64,000 nucleotides of DNA from Octopus vulgaris (taxonomy: Eukaryota). The notes beneath the pieces were generated by a model, which was given only the letters and a program-made list of their open reading frames with translations, did not search any database and had not been told where the DNA came from. Positions 37,138 through 48,872 of this stretch are shown here, one piece after another (positions within the stretch are counted from its first letter, which is position 1; each line of letters starts with the position of its first letter). The translations under genes and the position numbers were made by a program. The DNA lies in the NCBI GenBank assembly GCA_951406725.2, contig OX597820.1, positions 4,154,001 to 4,218,000 on the forward strand. The letters run 5' to 3'.

Positions 37138-38215
37138 GAAAATCAAATCAAATCAAAATCAATGAACATCAATGGAATTTGTATTTTTGTGGTACCAGTG
37201 CCGGTGGCACATAAGAAAGCCATCCGAACGTGGCCGTAGCCAGTACCGCATCGACTGGCCTCCATGCTGTGGGCACGTAACAAACACCATCCGATCGTGG
37301 CCATGCCAGCCTCGCCTGGCCTCCGTGCCAGTGGCACGTAACAAACACCATCCGAGCATGGCCGTCTGCCAGCCTCGTCTGGCACCTGTGTCGGTGGCAC
37401 ATAAAAAGCACCCACTACACTCACGGGAGTGGTTGGCGTTAGGAAGGGTATCCAGCTGTAGAAACACTGCCAGATCTGATTGGCCTGGTGCAGCCTTCAG
37501 GCTTCCCAGACCCCAGTTGAACCGTCCAACCCATGCTAGCATGGAAAGCGGACGTTAAACGATGATGATGATGATTATTATTATTATTATTATTCAGGTG
37601 GTGAGCTGGTAGAATTGTCATCATGCCGGGTGAAATGCTTAATGGTTTTTCGTCTGCCGCTACGTTCTAAGTTCAAATTCCGCCGAGGTCAACTTTGCCT
37701 TTCATCCTTTGAGGGTCGATTAAATAAGTACCAGTTACGCACTGGGGTCGATATGATCGACTTAATCCGTTTGTCCTCTCTGTGTTTAGCCCTTTGTGGG
37801 TAGTAAAGAAATAGGTATTTCGTCTGTCTTTATGTTCTGAGGTCAAATTCTGCCAAGGTTGACTTTGCTTTTCATCCTTTCAGGGTCAATAAATTAAGTA
37901 CCAGTTGCATACTGGGGTCGATGTAATCGATTAGTCCACTGCCTCAAAATTTCAAGGCCTTGTGCCTTCAATAGAAAGGATTATTATTATTATTATTCAA
38001 AGTGGTGAGCTGGCAGAATTGTAAGCAGACCAAGCAAAATGCTTAGCAATATTTCATCTATCTTTACGTTCTGAATTCAAAATCTGCCGAGGTCAACTTT
38101 GCCTTTCTCCCTTTCAAGGTCAATAAGTTAAGCACCAGTGAGACTGGGGTTGATGCAATCGACTAGGCCTCTCTCTCCAAATTTCAGACCTTGTGCCTTT
38201 AGTAGAAAGAATTAT
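36970..38215 (+). mobile_element. Tandem Meta/Sauria-type SINE copies separated by (TTA)n, with an RTE tail at 37138-37574
   Basis: ggtgagctggcagaattg...gttcaaattccgccgaggtcaactttgcctttcatcctttgagggtcgat..aagtaccag repeated three to four times. Confidence 0.8.
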
Positions 38216-38359
38216 TGGTGCTGGTGTAGTATGTGATCGACATACATGATTCTGGTATGGTTTGTGATCTAAACTGACTTTCAATCTCGTTTAGATTTCA
38301 TTTGTTGGAAGATTTTAAGACCAAATGAACAAATTCTCTTTATTGCATCTTTAAATGAT

Positions 38360-39110
38360 ATGCCAGTGCCGCCTGACTGGTGCTGGTGGCACATAAAAAG
38401 CACCATTTGAACGTGGTTGTTGCCAGTGCCACCTGACTGGCCCCAGTACCGGTGGCATGTAAAAAGCACCCAATACACTCTCGGAGTGGTTGGTGTTAGG
38501 AAGGGCATCCAGCTGTAGAAACCTTGCCAGATCAGATTGGAGCCTGGTGCAGCCTCCAGGCTTGCCAGCCCTCAGTCAAACCGTCCAACCCATGCCAGCA
38601 TTAATTCCCATTTTCCATGCAGGGTCGGACAGTTTGATAGGAGCTGGCGAGGCCAGCAGCCACACCTGGTTTGATAGTCTCTCTTGGCACGGTTTCTATG
38701 GCAGGATGTCCTTCCCAACACCAACTGTTATTGCCTAGGGAGACCCAGGAAGACATCAGATGAAATATTGGAAGCCAATCTCAAAACACTGAGCCATAGG
38801 AAGGAGATTAGAAAGGACTGAGGCATTTGGTGTTTGGCTGTACACAAGATGGCCTGCTCACCACAACAGAACAAAACTGATATCCCAAACCTGTCTTGGT
38901 AGTCCTTGCCCAGGAAGGGTACTGGTGATGATGCCACGTAAAAAGCACCCAGTACACTCTGTAAAGTAGTTGGTGTTAGGAAGGGCATCCAAGTATAGAA
39001 ACCTTGCCAGATGAAATTGGAGTCTCGTACAGCCTCCTGGCTTGCCAGTCCTCAGTCAAACAGTCTAATCCATGCCAGCATCGAAAGTGGACGTCAAACG
39101 ACAATGATGG
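38360..39110. mobile_element. Cluster of RTE tail fragments in both orientations
   Basis: Tail block on + at 38360-38600 and 38930-39110, on - at 38610-38728. Confidence 0.7.
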
Positions 39111-39330
39111 TGACCCATGCTGTATACAACCAGTCACAGTATTCATGGTTCTAATATGAAATTTTAAAAATCAATAAAAATTTTTCCGATTTTTTAAAAT
39201 GTTTAACTCATTCCTCTAATTCTAATTTTGAAATTTATAACAAAATTTTGAATATAAATCACAAGTTAGTCTAGATTAAAGTTGCTGTAGATCACATACT
39301 ACACTGGCACCGAATTATTATTATTTACAT

Positions 39331-39583
39331 CAGTGGTTCCCAAAGTGGGCGGTATTAGCTCGAAGGGGGCATTGAAGAAAAGTGGGGTGATAATGGGGGT
39401 AGCGATTCATGTAAAAACAAGAAAATAATGGTTTCATTAGGTTAAGCTTTATTTGTGAAATACAGTTGCTTTGAATTTGCTTCAGAAAGGGATCTGTTTG
39501 TGGTGGTTAGTTGGGGTGGGGTCGCTAGGAATGTGGCCTGGATGTCAAGGGGACGGCAGCCTGAAAAAATTTGGGAATCACTG
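39331..39583. mobile_element. hAT-type MITE with perfect 8-bp TSD
   Basis: TIRs cagtggttcccaaa / tttgggaatcactg; ATTTACAT duplicated on both sides. Confidence 0.9.
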
Positions 39584-39591
39584 ATTTACAT

Positions 39592-39969
39592 CTCTTTTGC
39601 TTGTTTCAGTCATTTGACTGTGGCCATGCTGGAGCACCACCTTTAGTGAAGCAAATCGACCCCAGGACTTATTCTTTGTAAGCCTAGTACTTATTCTATT
39701 GGTCACTTTTGCTGAACCACTAAGTTATGGGGACGTAAACACACCAGCATCATCGGTTGTCAAGTGATGTTGGGGGACAAACACAAACATACACACACAT
39801 ATATATGATGGGTTTCTTTCAGTTTCCATCTACCAAATCCACTCACAAGGCTTTGGTTGGCTCAAGGTTATAGTAGAAGACAGTTGCCCAAGGTGCCACG
39901 CAGTGGGAGTGAACCCGGGACCATGTGGTTGGTAAGCAAGCTACTTACCACACAGCCACTCCTACGCCT
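39592..39969 (-). mobile_element. CORE-type SINE
   Basis: Reverse complement of the 10829 family. Confidence 0.85.
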
Positions 39970-40369
39970 ACACCATATACAATATAATAATAATAATAAT
40001 AATAATCGTTTTGTATGTTATTACAAGACCAGTAATTTTTTAGGCAGAGGTAACTAGTCGATTACACTGGCCCCAGTGCTCACCGACACCGAAAGGACAA
40101 AGGGCAGAATCTGAACTCAGAATGCAAAGGATTGCGCAAAATGTATTTTTATCCGATGCACTAATGATTCTCCCAGCTTCGTTGCGTGAACAATTAATAA
40201 TCATTTCGAATTTCAGTGCAGGGCCAGCAACATTTGATTATGACGAACCCAGTACTTGATGGGGCATAACTACAGAAGTGCACCCCACTGACTTTGTTGC
40301 CTCATAACTTCCAGAAAAATGGATACTTTTTAATGAAATTCTCCACAAGTACCACTTCAATGTTGTGGC

Positions 40370-40750
40370 TTCAGAGTACAAACAATAACTCTGAGTATCT
40401 TTTCAAACTCCACCCATCTAACACCCGTGGACATGTTTACAAAGTCAGAAAACAGCTCCCATGACTTTCGGAAACATTTTTTCCCCGCTAAGAGTTGCTG
40501 AAGCATGGAACAGATTGCCAGCATCAGCTGTTAGTTGTCGGAGCACTGCATCCTTCAAAACTTCCATGCTTCCTGAGATTCGCCAACACTACACCTGATT
40601 TTCTCCTCCCCTCCATACACACGCAAGCATGTATCTGACTCATACACTGTTCGCTTTCCAGATATTTGTACATGACTGCATATACTTTATACACACTTTT
40701 GACAAGTTGTGGTGCACCTGAGCACTGTATACAATAATTTCATTATTATT
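40370..40750 (+). mobile_element. CR1-clade LINE 3' fragment
   Basis: Homologous to 22745-23190; ends tttcattattatt. Confidence 0.8.
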
Positions 40751-41446
40751 ATATCAGGATTTATGGGAAAGAATTTTTCTTATGGAGTGGAGAAAGGTGT
40801 TTCAGAAAGTTCACATGATCCGACTTTTTTCCCCTCATAACTTTCAGGAAAATGGATATCTTTTAATGAAATTTTATACAAATACCTTTCAAATGGCATA
40901 TATTACGATTATAAAGAAATTTGTGGGGGGAAATTTTTTCCGGAGGGGTGGGGAGAGGAATTTCGGATCAGGAAGACCAAATAAGTTGGAACTACTCCAT
41001 TCTTTTTTTCCCCATCTTTTATTTCACCACAACTTTCAAAATGATGGAGGGCATCTTTTTAAGAAAAAAAAAATTTCAGAAAATTTTTTTTGTACAACCT
41101 CATCATCCCACTCTGGACCAATTCCAGCCAATTGTTTTTAACTTAAAAACCATGAGCCTTTTCGGTAAAAAACCCCAAATATTTTCAAAGGAAAAGGTGT
41201 ATGATGCAAGGGAGATTTAGCTGTTGTTTCTAGCACATACCAAACCACCTGCCATTTTCACTCACATGTATTTGATGTTTTTTTTCCAATATTTTTCTCC
41301 CGTTAAACACATTTTATGGAATGATGCAGAAGTAACGCATGCGTGGTCCATTGGTGAAATAAAAGCAACAAAAAAAAAAATTGTAATTTAAAATTTTACC
41401 CCCACCTCAATCAAGCGAAGCCGTGTGTGTGTGTGTGTGTGTATAT

Positions 41447-41838
41447 ACTCTTTTTACTGCGTCCATGCTGGAGCACCGCCTTAAATCGAGCAACTCGACC
41501 CCGGGACTTATTCTTTTGTAAGCCCAGTACTTATTCTATCGGTCTCTTTTGCCAAACCGCTAAGTAATGGGGACATAAACACACCAGCATCGGTTGTCAA
41601 GCAATGCTAGGGTGACAAACACAGACACACAAACACACACACGCATATATATATATATATATACATATATATACGACGGGCTTCTTTCAGTTTCCATCTA
41701 CCAAATCCACTCACAAGGCTTTGGTCGGCCCGAGGCTATAGTAGAAGACACTTGCCCAAGGTGCCACGCAGTGGGACTGAACCCGGAACCATGTGGTTGG
41801 TAAGCAAGCTACTTACCACACAGCCACTCCTGCGCCTA
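41447..41838 (-). mobile_element. CORE-type SINE (young copy)
   Basis: Near-complete reverse complement of the 10829 family. Confidence 0.85.
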
Positions 41839-42660
41839 TATGTAAGTAAGAAAAATAATTTTCTAACAGAAAAGTATACTATTAGAATTAACAATCTTTT
41901 ACACACTTTTTTTTTTAATCACCGTCGATAAATGACCTTCTCAGGCTCTCCAATATTTTAATTTCTAAACAGAAACAATGGAGGCAGGGAGTGAGGTTGC
42001 AAAAAAAAAAATAAATAAATTTTCCGATTTCTTTTCATAGCATATAAATGTATTTATGGGGAGAAAAATATTGAAAAACATCAATACATTAGAGAGTGAG
42101 AAAGAAAGGAGGGTGTCTTTGGATGTGCTAGAAACAACAGCCAAATCTCCCTTAAATCACTCACTTTTTCCTCTGAAAATATTAACAATTTTTCAAAAAT
42201 TATTTTTTCACCGAAAAGACTCCTCCCATGGTTCTAAAGTGCAAAAAAAACCTATCCAAAATAGGCAGTGGGACGATGAGGGGGTGGGGAAGTTGTAAAA
42301 AAAATTTTCAAAAAATTTTTTTTCATACAAAGATTCCCCCCTCCCAACATTTTGAAGGTTGTGGTGAGATAAAAAAAAATGGGGGAAAACCCTCCTCAAA
42401 ACGGAGTAGTTCCAACTTATTTGGTCTTCCTGATCCCAAACTTCGTTTTCCTGAAACTCCTCTCCCCACCCCTTCGGAAAAAATTTCCCCCACAAATTTC
42501 TTTATAATTAATCTGACGTTTGAAAGGTATTTCCATAAAATATCATTAAAAGATATCCATTTTCCTGAAAGTTATGAGGGGAAAAATGTCGAATCGTGTG
42601 AATTTTCCGAAATTCCTCTCTTCACCCCTTCGGAGAAAATTCTTTCTCATAAATCCCAAG

Positions 42661-43037
42661 AGACGCAGGAGTGGCTGTGTAGTAAGTAGCTTGCTTACCA
42701 ACCACTTGGTTCTGAGTTCAGTCCTACTGCGTGGCACCTAGGGCAAGTGTTTACTTTAGCCTCGATCCAACCAAAGCCTTGTGAGTGGATTTGGTAGACG
42801 GAAACTGAAAGAAGCCCATCGTATATAGACATACACACACACATATATATATGTGTGTATGTGTGTGTTTGTGTCTGTGTACGTCCCCACCACCATCGCT
42901 TGACAGCCGATGTTGGTGTGTTTACGTCCCTGTAACTTAGCGGTTTAGCAAAAGAGTCCGATAGGATAAGTATAAGGCTTACAAAGAATAAGTCCTGCGG
43001 TCGATTTGTTCGACTAAAGGCGGTACTCTAGCATGGC
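42661..43037 (+). mobile_element. CORE-type SINE
   Basis: Same family as 10829. Confidence 0.85.
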
Positions 43038-43849
43038 AGAAGTTGTTATGAGGGAACAAAGTCGGGGGTGGGGTTACACATCTTGATTCGTACTTTATTT
43101 TACTGACCCCAAAAGGATGAAAGGCAAAGTCGCCCTTGGCGGAATTTGAACTCAGATCCATAAATAATAATAACAACAATCCTTTTTGCTAAAGACACAC
43201 AGCCTGAAATTTTGGGGGAGGGGACCAGTCGATTAGATCGACTCCCTAGTGTTCTACTGGTACTTAATTCATCGACCCCCGAAAGGATGAAAGGCAAAGT
43301 CGACCTCGGCGAAATTAATAATGATAATTATTCCGGGACCCTTTGAGCGGGAATGGGTTATTCAACCTGAAGAAAATTCACCTGCAAGCTCATGTGCTGT
43401 TTATGTTGATACGCGATCACCATGTCGCGCACTTAGGGTTGTGCTGCAGGTGCCCGGTGTACCCTTATCAGACGGGCTTCGTATATTTGTACCCCAGTTT
43501 CACTAATGATGGCATGCGCTGCTCTCTCAATAATAATAATGGTTTCAAATTTTGGCACAAGGCCAGCAAATTCAGGCAAAGGATAAATCGATTACATCGA
43601 CCCCAGTGTTCAACTGGAATTTACCTTATCGATCCCGAGAGGACGAAAGGCCGAATTTTAAATCGGAACTTTAAACAGCCACGAAGCAAAATTAATTACT
43701 TTCATTTTCTCTACTTGTTAATTCCTCTACTTCGTTCTCTCTCTCTCTAACTTTATATATCAGGACCCTAATAATATTACGATGGTAGATTTAAACTAAA
43801 CACACGATATCAAAACATTTAAAAGCTTTCATTAAATTAACGAAATATT

Positions 43850-44220
43850 TTCAATGTTGTACAAATTAGCCGCAAATATAATAAAAACGATGTCGGCGAA
43901 AATGAATGCAACTGACAATTCTCGGGTTGTTTTTTTCGTGTCGTCTTTACTCAGAAAATTCTGTTTTTAAAAAAGAACCCCCACAAAATTCGACATTTAT
44001 CATAGAATTTTTAACAAATAGTGTCTTTGACAAGTATTTACCTCCTGCCGGCATCTTTCCGAAAACCTATTAAAGTCGCATATATTTATATATTGGTGGT
44101 TGTTGTGTCGAACGAAGATGTTCAATGTTTGGGAGGAAATGTCTTGGACGGTCGCGGATGGAAATGGAATAATGGCGGGCGGAAGTGAGAAAGAAGTGAA
44201 TGGATTAGAACGGGGTTTGT
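43850..44220 (-). promoter_or_regulatory. CpG-enriched non-repetitive patch; candidate promoter and first non-coding exon of the 33511-34779 ZNF gene
   Basis: Local CpG retention, aatggcgg (YY1-like, 44171) and cggaagtg (ETS-like, 44180), and a minus-strand donor GAG|GTAAAT at 44042/44041. The link to the gene is inference. Confidence 0.35.
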
Positions 44221-44467
44221 TTGTTTATTATCTTGTACTTGTTTCAGTCGGTTGAGTGCGGCCATGCTGGAGCACCGCCTTGAAAGGATTTGTATTCGAA
44301 CGAATCGACCCCGATACTTGAGTTTATTTTGCCCCAAGTCTGGTAGTTCTATTTGACTACTTTTGCCGAACCGCTAAGTTACGGGGACGTAAACAAACTA
44401 GCACCGGTTGTAGAGCAGTATTGAGGGACAGACACAAATACACACACACACACACTATCAATCTGTC

Positions 44468-45175
44468 TTTATTTAATGTCCGTTGACCATGCTGGCATGG
44501 GTCGGACGGTTTGACCAGTGCTGGCCAGCTGGAAGGCTGCACCAAACTCCAGTCTGATTTGGCATGGCTTCTATAGCTGGATTCCTTCCTAATGCCAACC
44601 ATTCTGAGGGTGTAATGGATGCTTTTACGTGCCACTGACATGGGTGCCATTTGCACGACACCAGTATCTGCCACAACTGCAGTTTTACTTGGCTTGATGG
44701 GTCGTCTTCTCAAGCACAACAGAACGCCAAAGGTTTCGCTTATTTGTCATTACCTGTGTGAGGCCCAACACTTGAGCTTTTCATGTCACCAGCCACTTTA
44801 CCTCTGCAAGGCCCAAAACTCGAAAGGTACTTCTTATGTGCCACCAGCATGGGTGCCAGTTACGTGACACCAGTGTTGCCCATGACTATGATTTCACTTG
44901 GCTTGATGGGCCTTCTCAAGCACAGCATACCACCAAAGGTCTCGGTCAATTGTCACTGCTCTCAAGAGGCCCAAAGTTTGAAGATCCTGCTTCATCACCT
45001 CGTCCCTTGTCTTCCTGGGTCTGCCTCTACCACAGGTTCCCTCCACAGAGTTTGGCACTTGTTTGCACAACTGTCCTCTTCCATACACATCGCATGACCA
45101 TACCAGCGTAGCTGCATCTCTTGCACACATCTGAAGCCCCTTATGTCCAACCTCTCTCTCAAGAAGCTTACACTC
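44468..45175 (-). mobile_element. RTE LINE 3' end (ORF C-terminus and UTR)
   Basis: LRWYGHA..VEGTCGRGRPRKTRDEVMKQDLQTLGL..WYAVLEKAHQAK*, followed by the tail block. Confidence 0.8.
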
Positions 45176-46367
45176 TGTCCAGTTTCCATCTATCAAATCC
45201 ACTCACAAGTCTTTGGTTGGTCCAGGGCTTTAGTAGAAGACTCTTAGGTGCCATGCAGTGGGACTGAACCCAGAACCATGTGGATGGAAAGCAAAAGCAA
45301 ACTTCTTAAACACATGTGGATAGAAATTACATGAGGTGACATTCGCAGTGAATGAAGGCGATGCAGAGAGTGAGATTTCGGTTGTAAGGGAAGATCAGAG
45401 AGAGAGAGAGAGAGAGAGAGAGATATGAGTAACTGAGAGAGAAAGGTTGTGGTGGGCAAAGGTGGATGGGAAGAATAAACAAGTGGCACACAGTTACAAA
45501 GAAACAAAGGTAGAATTTAGAGGAATTGGAGGTGGGTATTCAAGCAACCAGTAGTGGAGGTTCTCAGTTTTAAAACCAGTGATTGTGAGCTGAGTTCATT
45601 CCATCACCTTTCAGCTGCCATTGACCATTCTGAGTTTATCCCTCTCCACACATTTTTGTTTTTTAAATCATGCAAGTTCCCTTGGCCATAAATGTGTTCA
45701 ACTCTTTCTTTTCTGTAAGTCCCTTGGCTATTTGGAGGTAAGGTTGATCAGTTATGCTGGTGGCTATTAAGACAGAAACACACGTCCACGGCTGTCCTCT
45801 TATCTCCAGACAGTAAGCTGGTCCTTTCCCTTGATAGCATCTCAACTCTGGAGAATTCTTGATTCTTGAGATGATCTCCCCCCCCCTCCTTACCTGAAGC
45901 TGATCTTAATTACTGTTTGACACACCTGGAAGTAGATAATTTTAATAAATCAGGAAATTATCCTCTGATTGTCTATGGTGTTCAATAGTCTGCTGCCCAC
46001 TGACCACTCAGAATTGTTTCTCTCTGTTTAGATTATGCAAATATTCTCATCTCATCCCTTCATCCTTGTTATACCTAACCCCCAGCAGATCCTGAACTAC
46101 TCACCACCTTTCTGGCCAGAACTTTGGTCTCCTGGAATTCTCTCCTTGCTCAAACCTTCTCTGAAGGTTTTGACTTACAAATGAGGAACATTAACAGCAT
46201 CAATCTCACTGGTCTTGGAGAACCTGTAAAGGTCATTGGCATTGGTTGTCCTTCCTTCAGGTTCAACAAGCAAAAACACTCTCCAGCCATGGTGCTGGTG
46301 GACTTCAAAGACAGGATTAGGACGGTGAAGTGCAGTGCCATGAGTTTTAAGAGACCAAGGAAGTTAA

Positions 46368-46890
46368 TCATCATCATCATCATCATCATCATCGTTTAAC
46401 GTCCGTTTTCCATGCTGGCATGGGTTGGACGGTTTGACTGGGGTCTGGGAAGCCAGGAGGCTGCACCAGGCTCCAGTCTGACCTGGCAGTGTTTCTACAG
46501 CTGGATGCTCTTCCTAATGCCAACCACTCAGTGTAGTGGGTGCTTTTTACGTTCCACTGGCACAGGGGCCAGAGTGGGCTGGCATTGACCATGATTGGAT
46601 AGTGCTTTTTATGTGCTACCAGCACGGGAGCCAGTCAAGGTGGTACTGTCATTGGCCACATTCGAATGGTGCTTTTTACGTGCCACTGGCACAGAAGCCA
46701 GTCGGGGCAAGGGGGCTGGTATCAACCACATTAGGATGGTGCTTTTTTTTATGTGCCACTGGCACGGGGACCACAACTACAATTCCCATTTGATGTTAAT
46801 GTATTTGACTCAATAGGTCTCCTCAAGCATGGCATGTCACCCTATGATCCAAGGGTACTTTTGAGTTGGCCAGTTATGCAACACTGGTGT
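46368..46890 (-). mobile_element. RTE 3'-UTR tail copy
   Basis: (CAT)n followed by the reverse tail block with internal repeats. Confidence 0.8.
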
Positions 46891-47913
46891 AGGTTATATA
46901 AGTAGGTCTATGTAGAAGCTGGCATTCACCCAGCTGAGAGTGGCAAAATGGAATGTCCCCCTTATGATACTCATTAACATAACTCAGAACATTAACTAAC
47001 ACACAGTTATACTGCTTCATCAAGCAGAGACCATTATGGGTTCAGACCCAAAACACCTTTATCAAAACTCATTAATTTTTGGGGGTCACAGTTTTTTTAT
47101 TACCACAGAGATCCCTAAAACAACTGTATATTACTTTATAAACTGAATTCCTACCTACTGAAAACACACAACAATCATGTAATGTAAATCCATGTATGTA
47201 TGGAAGAGTTTCTACAGACTCACTTGTATGAACACACAGATCATGTAAACTCACTTGTATGTTATGCATAAACACATGTTCCATCAGTTCCCCTTTTTGA
47301 CTCACTACCAACTCCATGCACGATGCACACATGTATGTACAATGGCCAAACTTTATAGAATGCAAAGTTCATTTCTTAATCTGTAGCATTAATTTGATTT
47401 AGAATATTTATTCTTAGCGCCAAGATTAAATCCATACCATTTGTATAGTCCATTGAAGTCAATCATAGCTAATCACATCCTAATAGTCATTCTATGAATG
47501 TGGAATAGAATAAAACCTGTTTAACTTATTTCTCATTTCTATTATTGTAGGATAGATTTTTTTTTCTACATCATCTTAATCTGATTTCACTCAACAAATA
47601 AACAGTTCCCCCCACATTAATTCACTATCATTCCACTTCTGGTTATCTTCATGCTTGTCTCAGCCCAACAATTGCTGCTTCGGCCAGGGTTAAGATACAG
47701 GACTCTTGACATGTCCAACAAAGCGTGACGCCTAAACCAATCAGCTCAACCAACCAATCAGCTTAAGTAATTGAGTGATACTACACACTGATTGGTCAGA
47801 ATAGAGTTTGCAAAACCTAGCAATCTGTAGCCTACACAGCTGTATTTAAGGCACAGATTCAATCATCTCGCTACAGTCAAAAATTGTGAAGCATGACTGT
47901 CACCACTACTACA

Positions 47914-47958
47914 TGAACCTGAAGATTGCAGAATTCAATGCATGAAAGTACTAGTTCA
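47914..47958 (+). ncRNA. Minimal type I hammerhead ribozyme motif
   Basis: TGAAC-CTGAAGA-T-TGCA-GAATTCAA-TGCA-T-GAAA-GTAC-TA-GTTCA: perfect 5-bp stem I, 4-bp stem II, palindromic stem III (AGTACT), CUA cleavage triplet. Confidence 0.75.
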
Positions 47959-48498
47959 ATCAGAATGAACATTTAACATTCTATTATTTTATTTTATTAT
48001 ATTATATTATATTATATTATCAAATATCATTATAAGATTGTAAATAAAACGTGAAAATCAGACAAGGTTGGAATTCCTTTTATTAATATATATATATATT
48101 TATATAGTGAGTCGCCATGATATATCGTTAGCCACTACACACATTTTTTTCTCTCCTTGTTTTTTTTCTGTCCCCTTCTGTAGAAGAGCGCAGGCTTGAA
48201 ATGTAAAAGACTTTTTCTATTCCTGAGCGTTATACTAATACATCTGCTTGTTTTATACACCACCTGTTTTCGTCTTTTGTTTTTTTCATAAACTCTCCCT
48301 ATATATGTACACATTCAGTTAACACTCATTTCAATCCCATATTAACAACATTCTACTTTTGCTTCGTCAATGACCAGAGTCAAGTCTTTCCTTCAAATAA
48401 CATCCAAAGTGCCAACATTAAAATGTCCCTTATAGTTTATATTCTCTTTTGTTGCTGTTAGCCATATCTGTTACGTTAGTCTTCTTGTTAGCTGTGTG

Positions 48499-48872
48499 TC
48501 ATCATCATTTAGCGTTCGCTTTCCATGCTAGCATGGGTTGGACGGTTCAACTGGGGTCTGAGAAGCCAGAAGGCTGCACCAGGCCCAGTCTGATCTGGCA
48601 GTGTTTCTATGGCTGGATGTCATTCCTAACGCCAACCACTCCGTGAGTGTAGTAGGTGCTTTTTACGTGCCACCGGCACAGGTGCCAGACGAGTCTGGCA
48701 AACGACCACGATCGGATGGTGCATTTTACGTGCCACCGGCGCAGGGGCCAGGCGAGGCTGGCAATGGTCACGAACGGATGATGCTTTTTACATGCCACCG
48801 GCACGAGGCCAGTTGTGGCGGCACTGGCAACAGCCATGTTCGGATGGTTCTCTTATGTCCCACAGGCACTGG
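48499..48872 (-). mobile_element. RTE 3'-UTR tail copy
   Basis: Reverse tail block with ~62-bp repeats. Confidence 0.8.

Larger units (their letters stand above)
40261..43075. repeat. Large diverged inverted repeat (arms ~40280-41410 and ~41960-43075) with later insertions
   Basis: Colinear reverse-complement matches, e.g. gatcaggaagaccaaataagttggaactactcc (~40966) vs ggagtagttccaacttatttggtcttcctgatc (~42403), and gggagatttagctgttgtttctagcacat (~41210) vs atgtgctagaaacaacagccaaatctccc (~42123). Confidence 0.8.

Noticed and set aside
48172-48210. Hammerhead-like cttctgtagaagagcgcaggcttgaaatgtaaaag
   Set aside because: Core CUGUAGA and GAAAU deviate from consensus; at best an inactive relic, so not listed as a feature.
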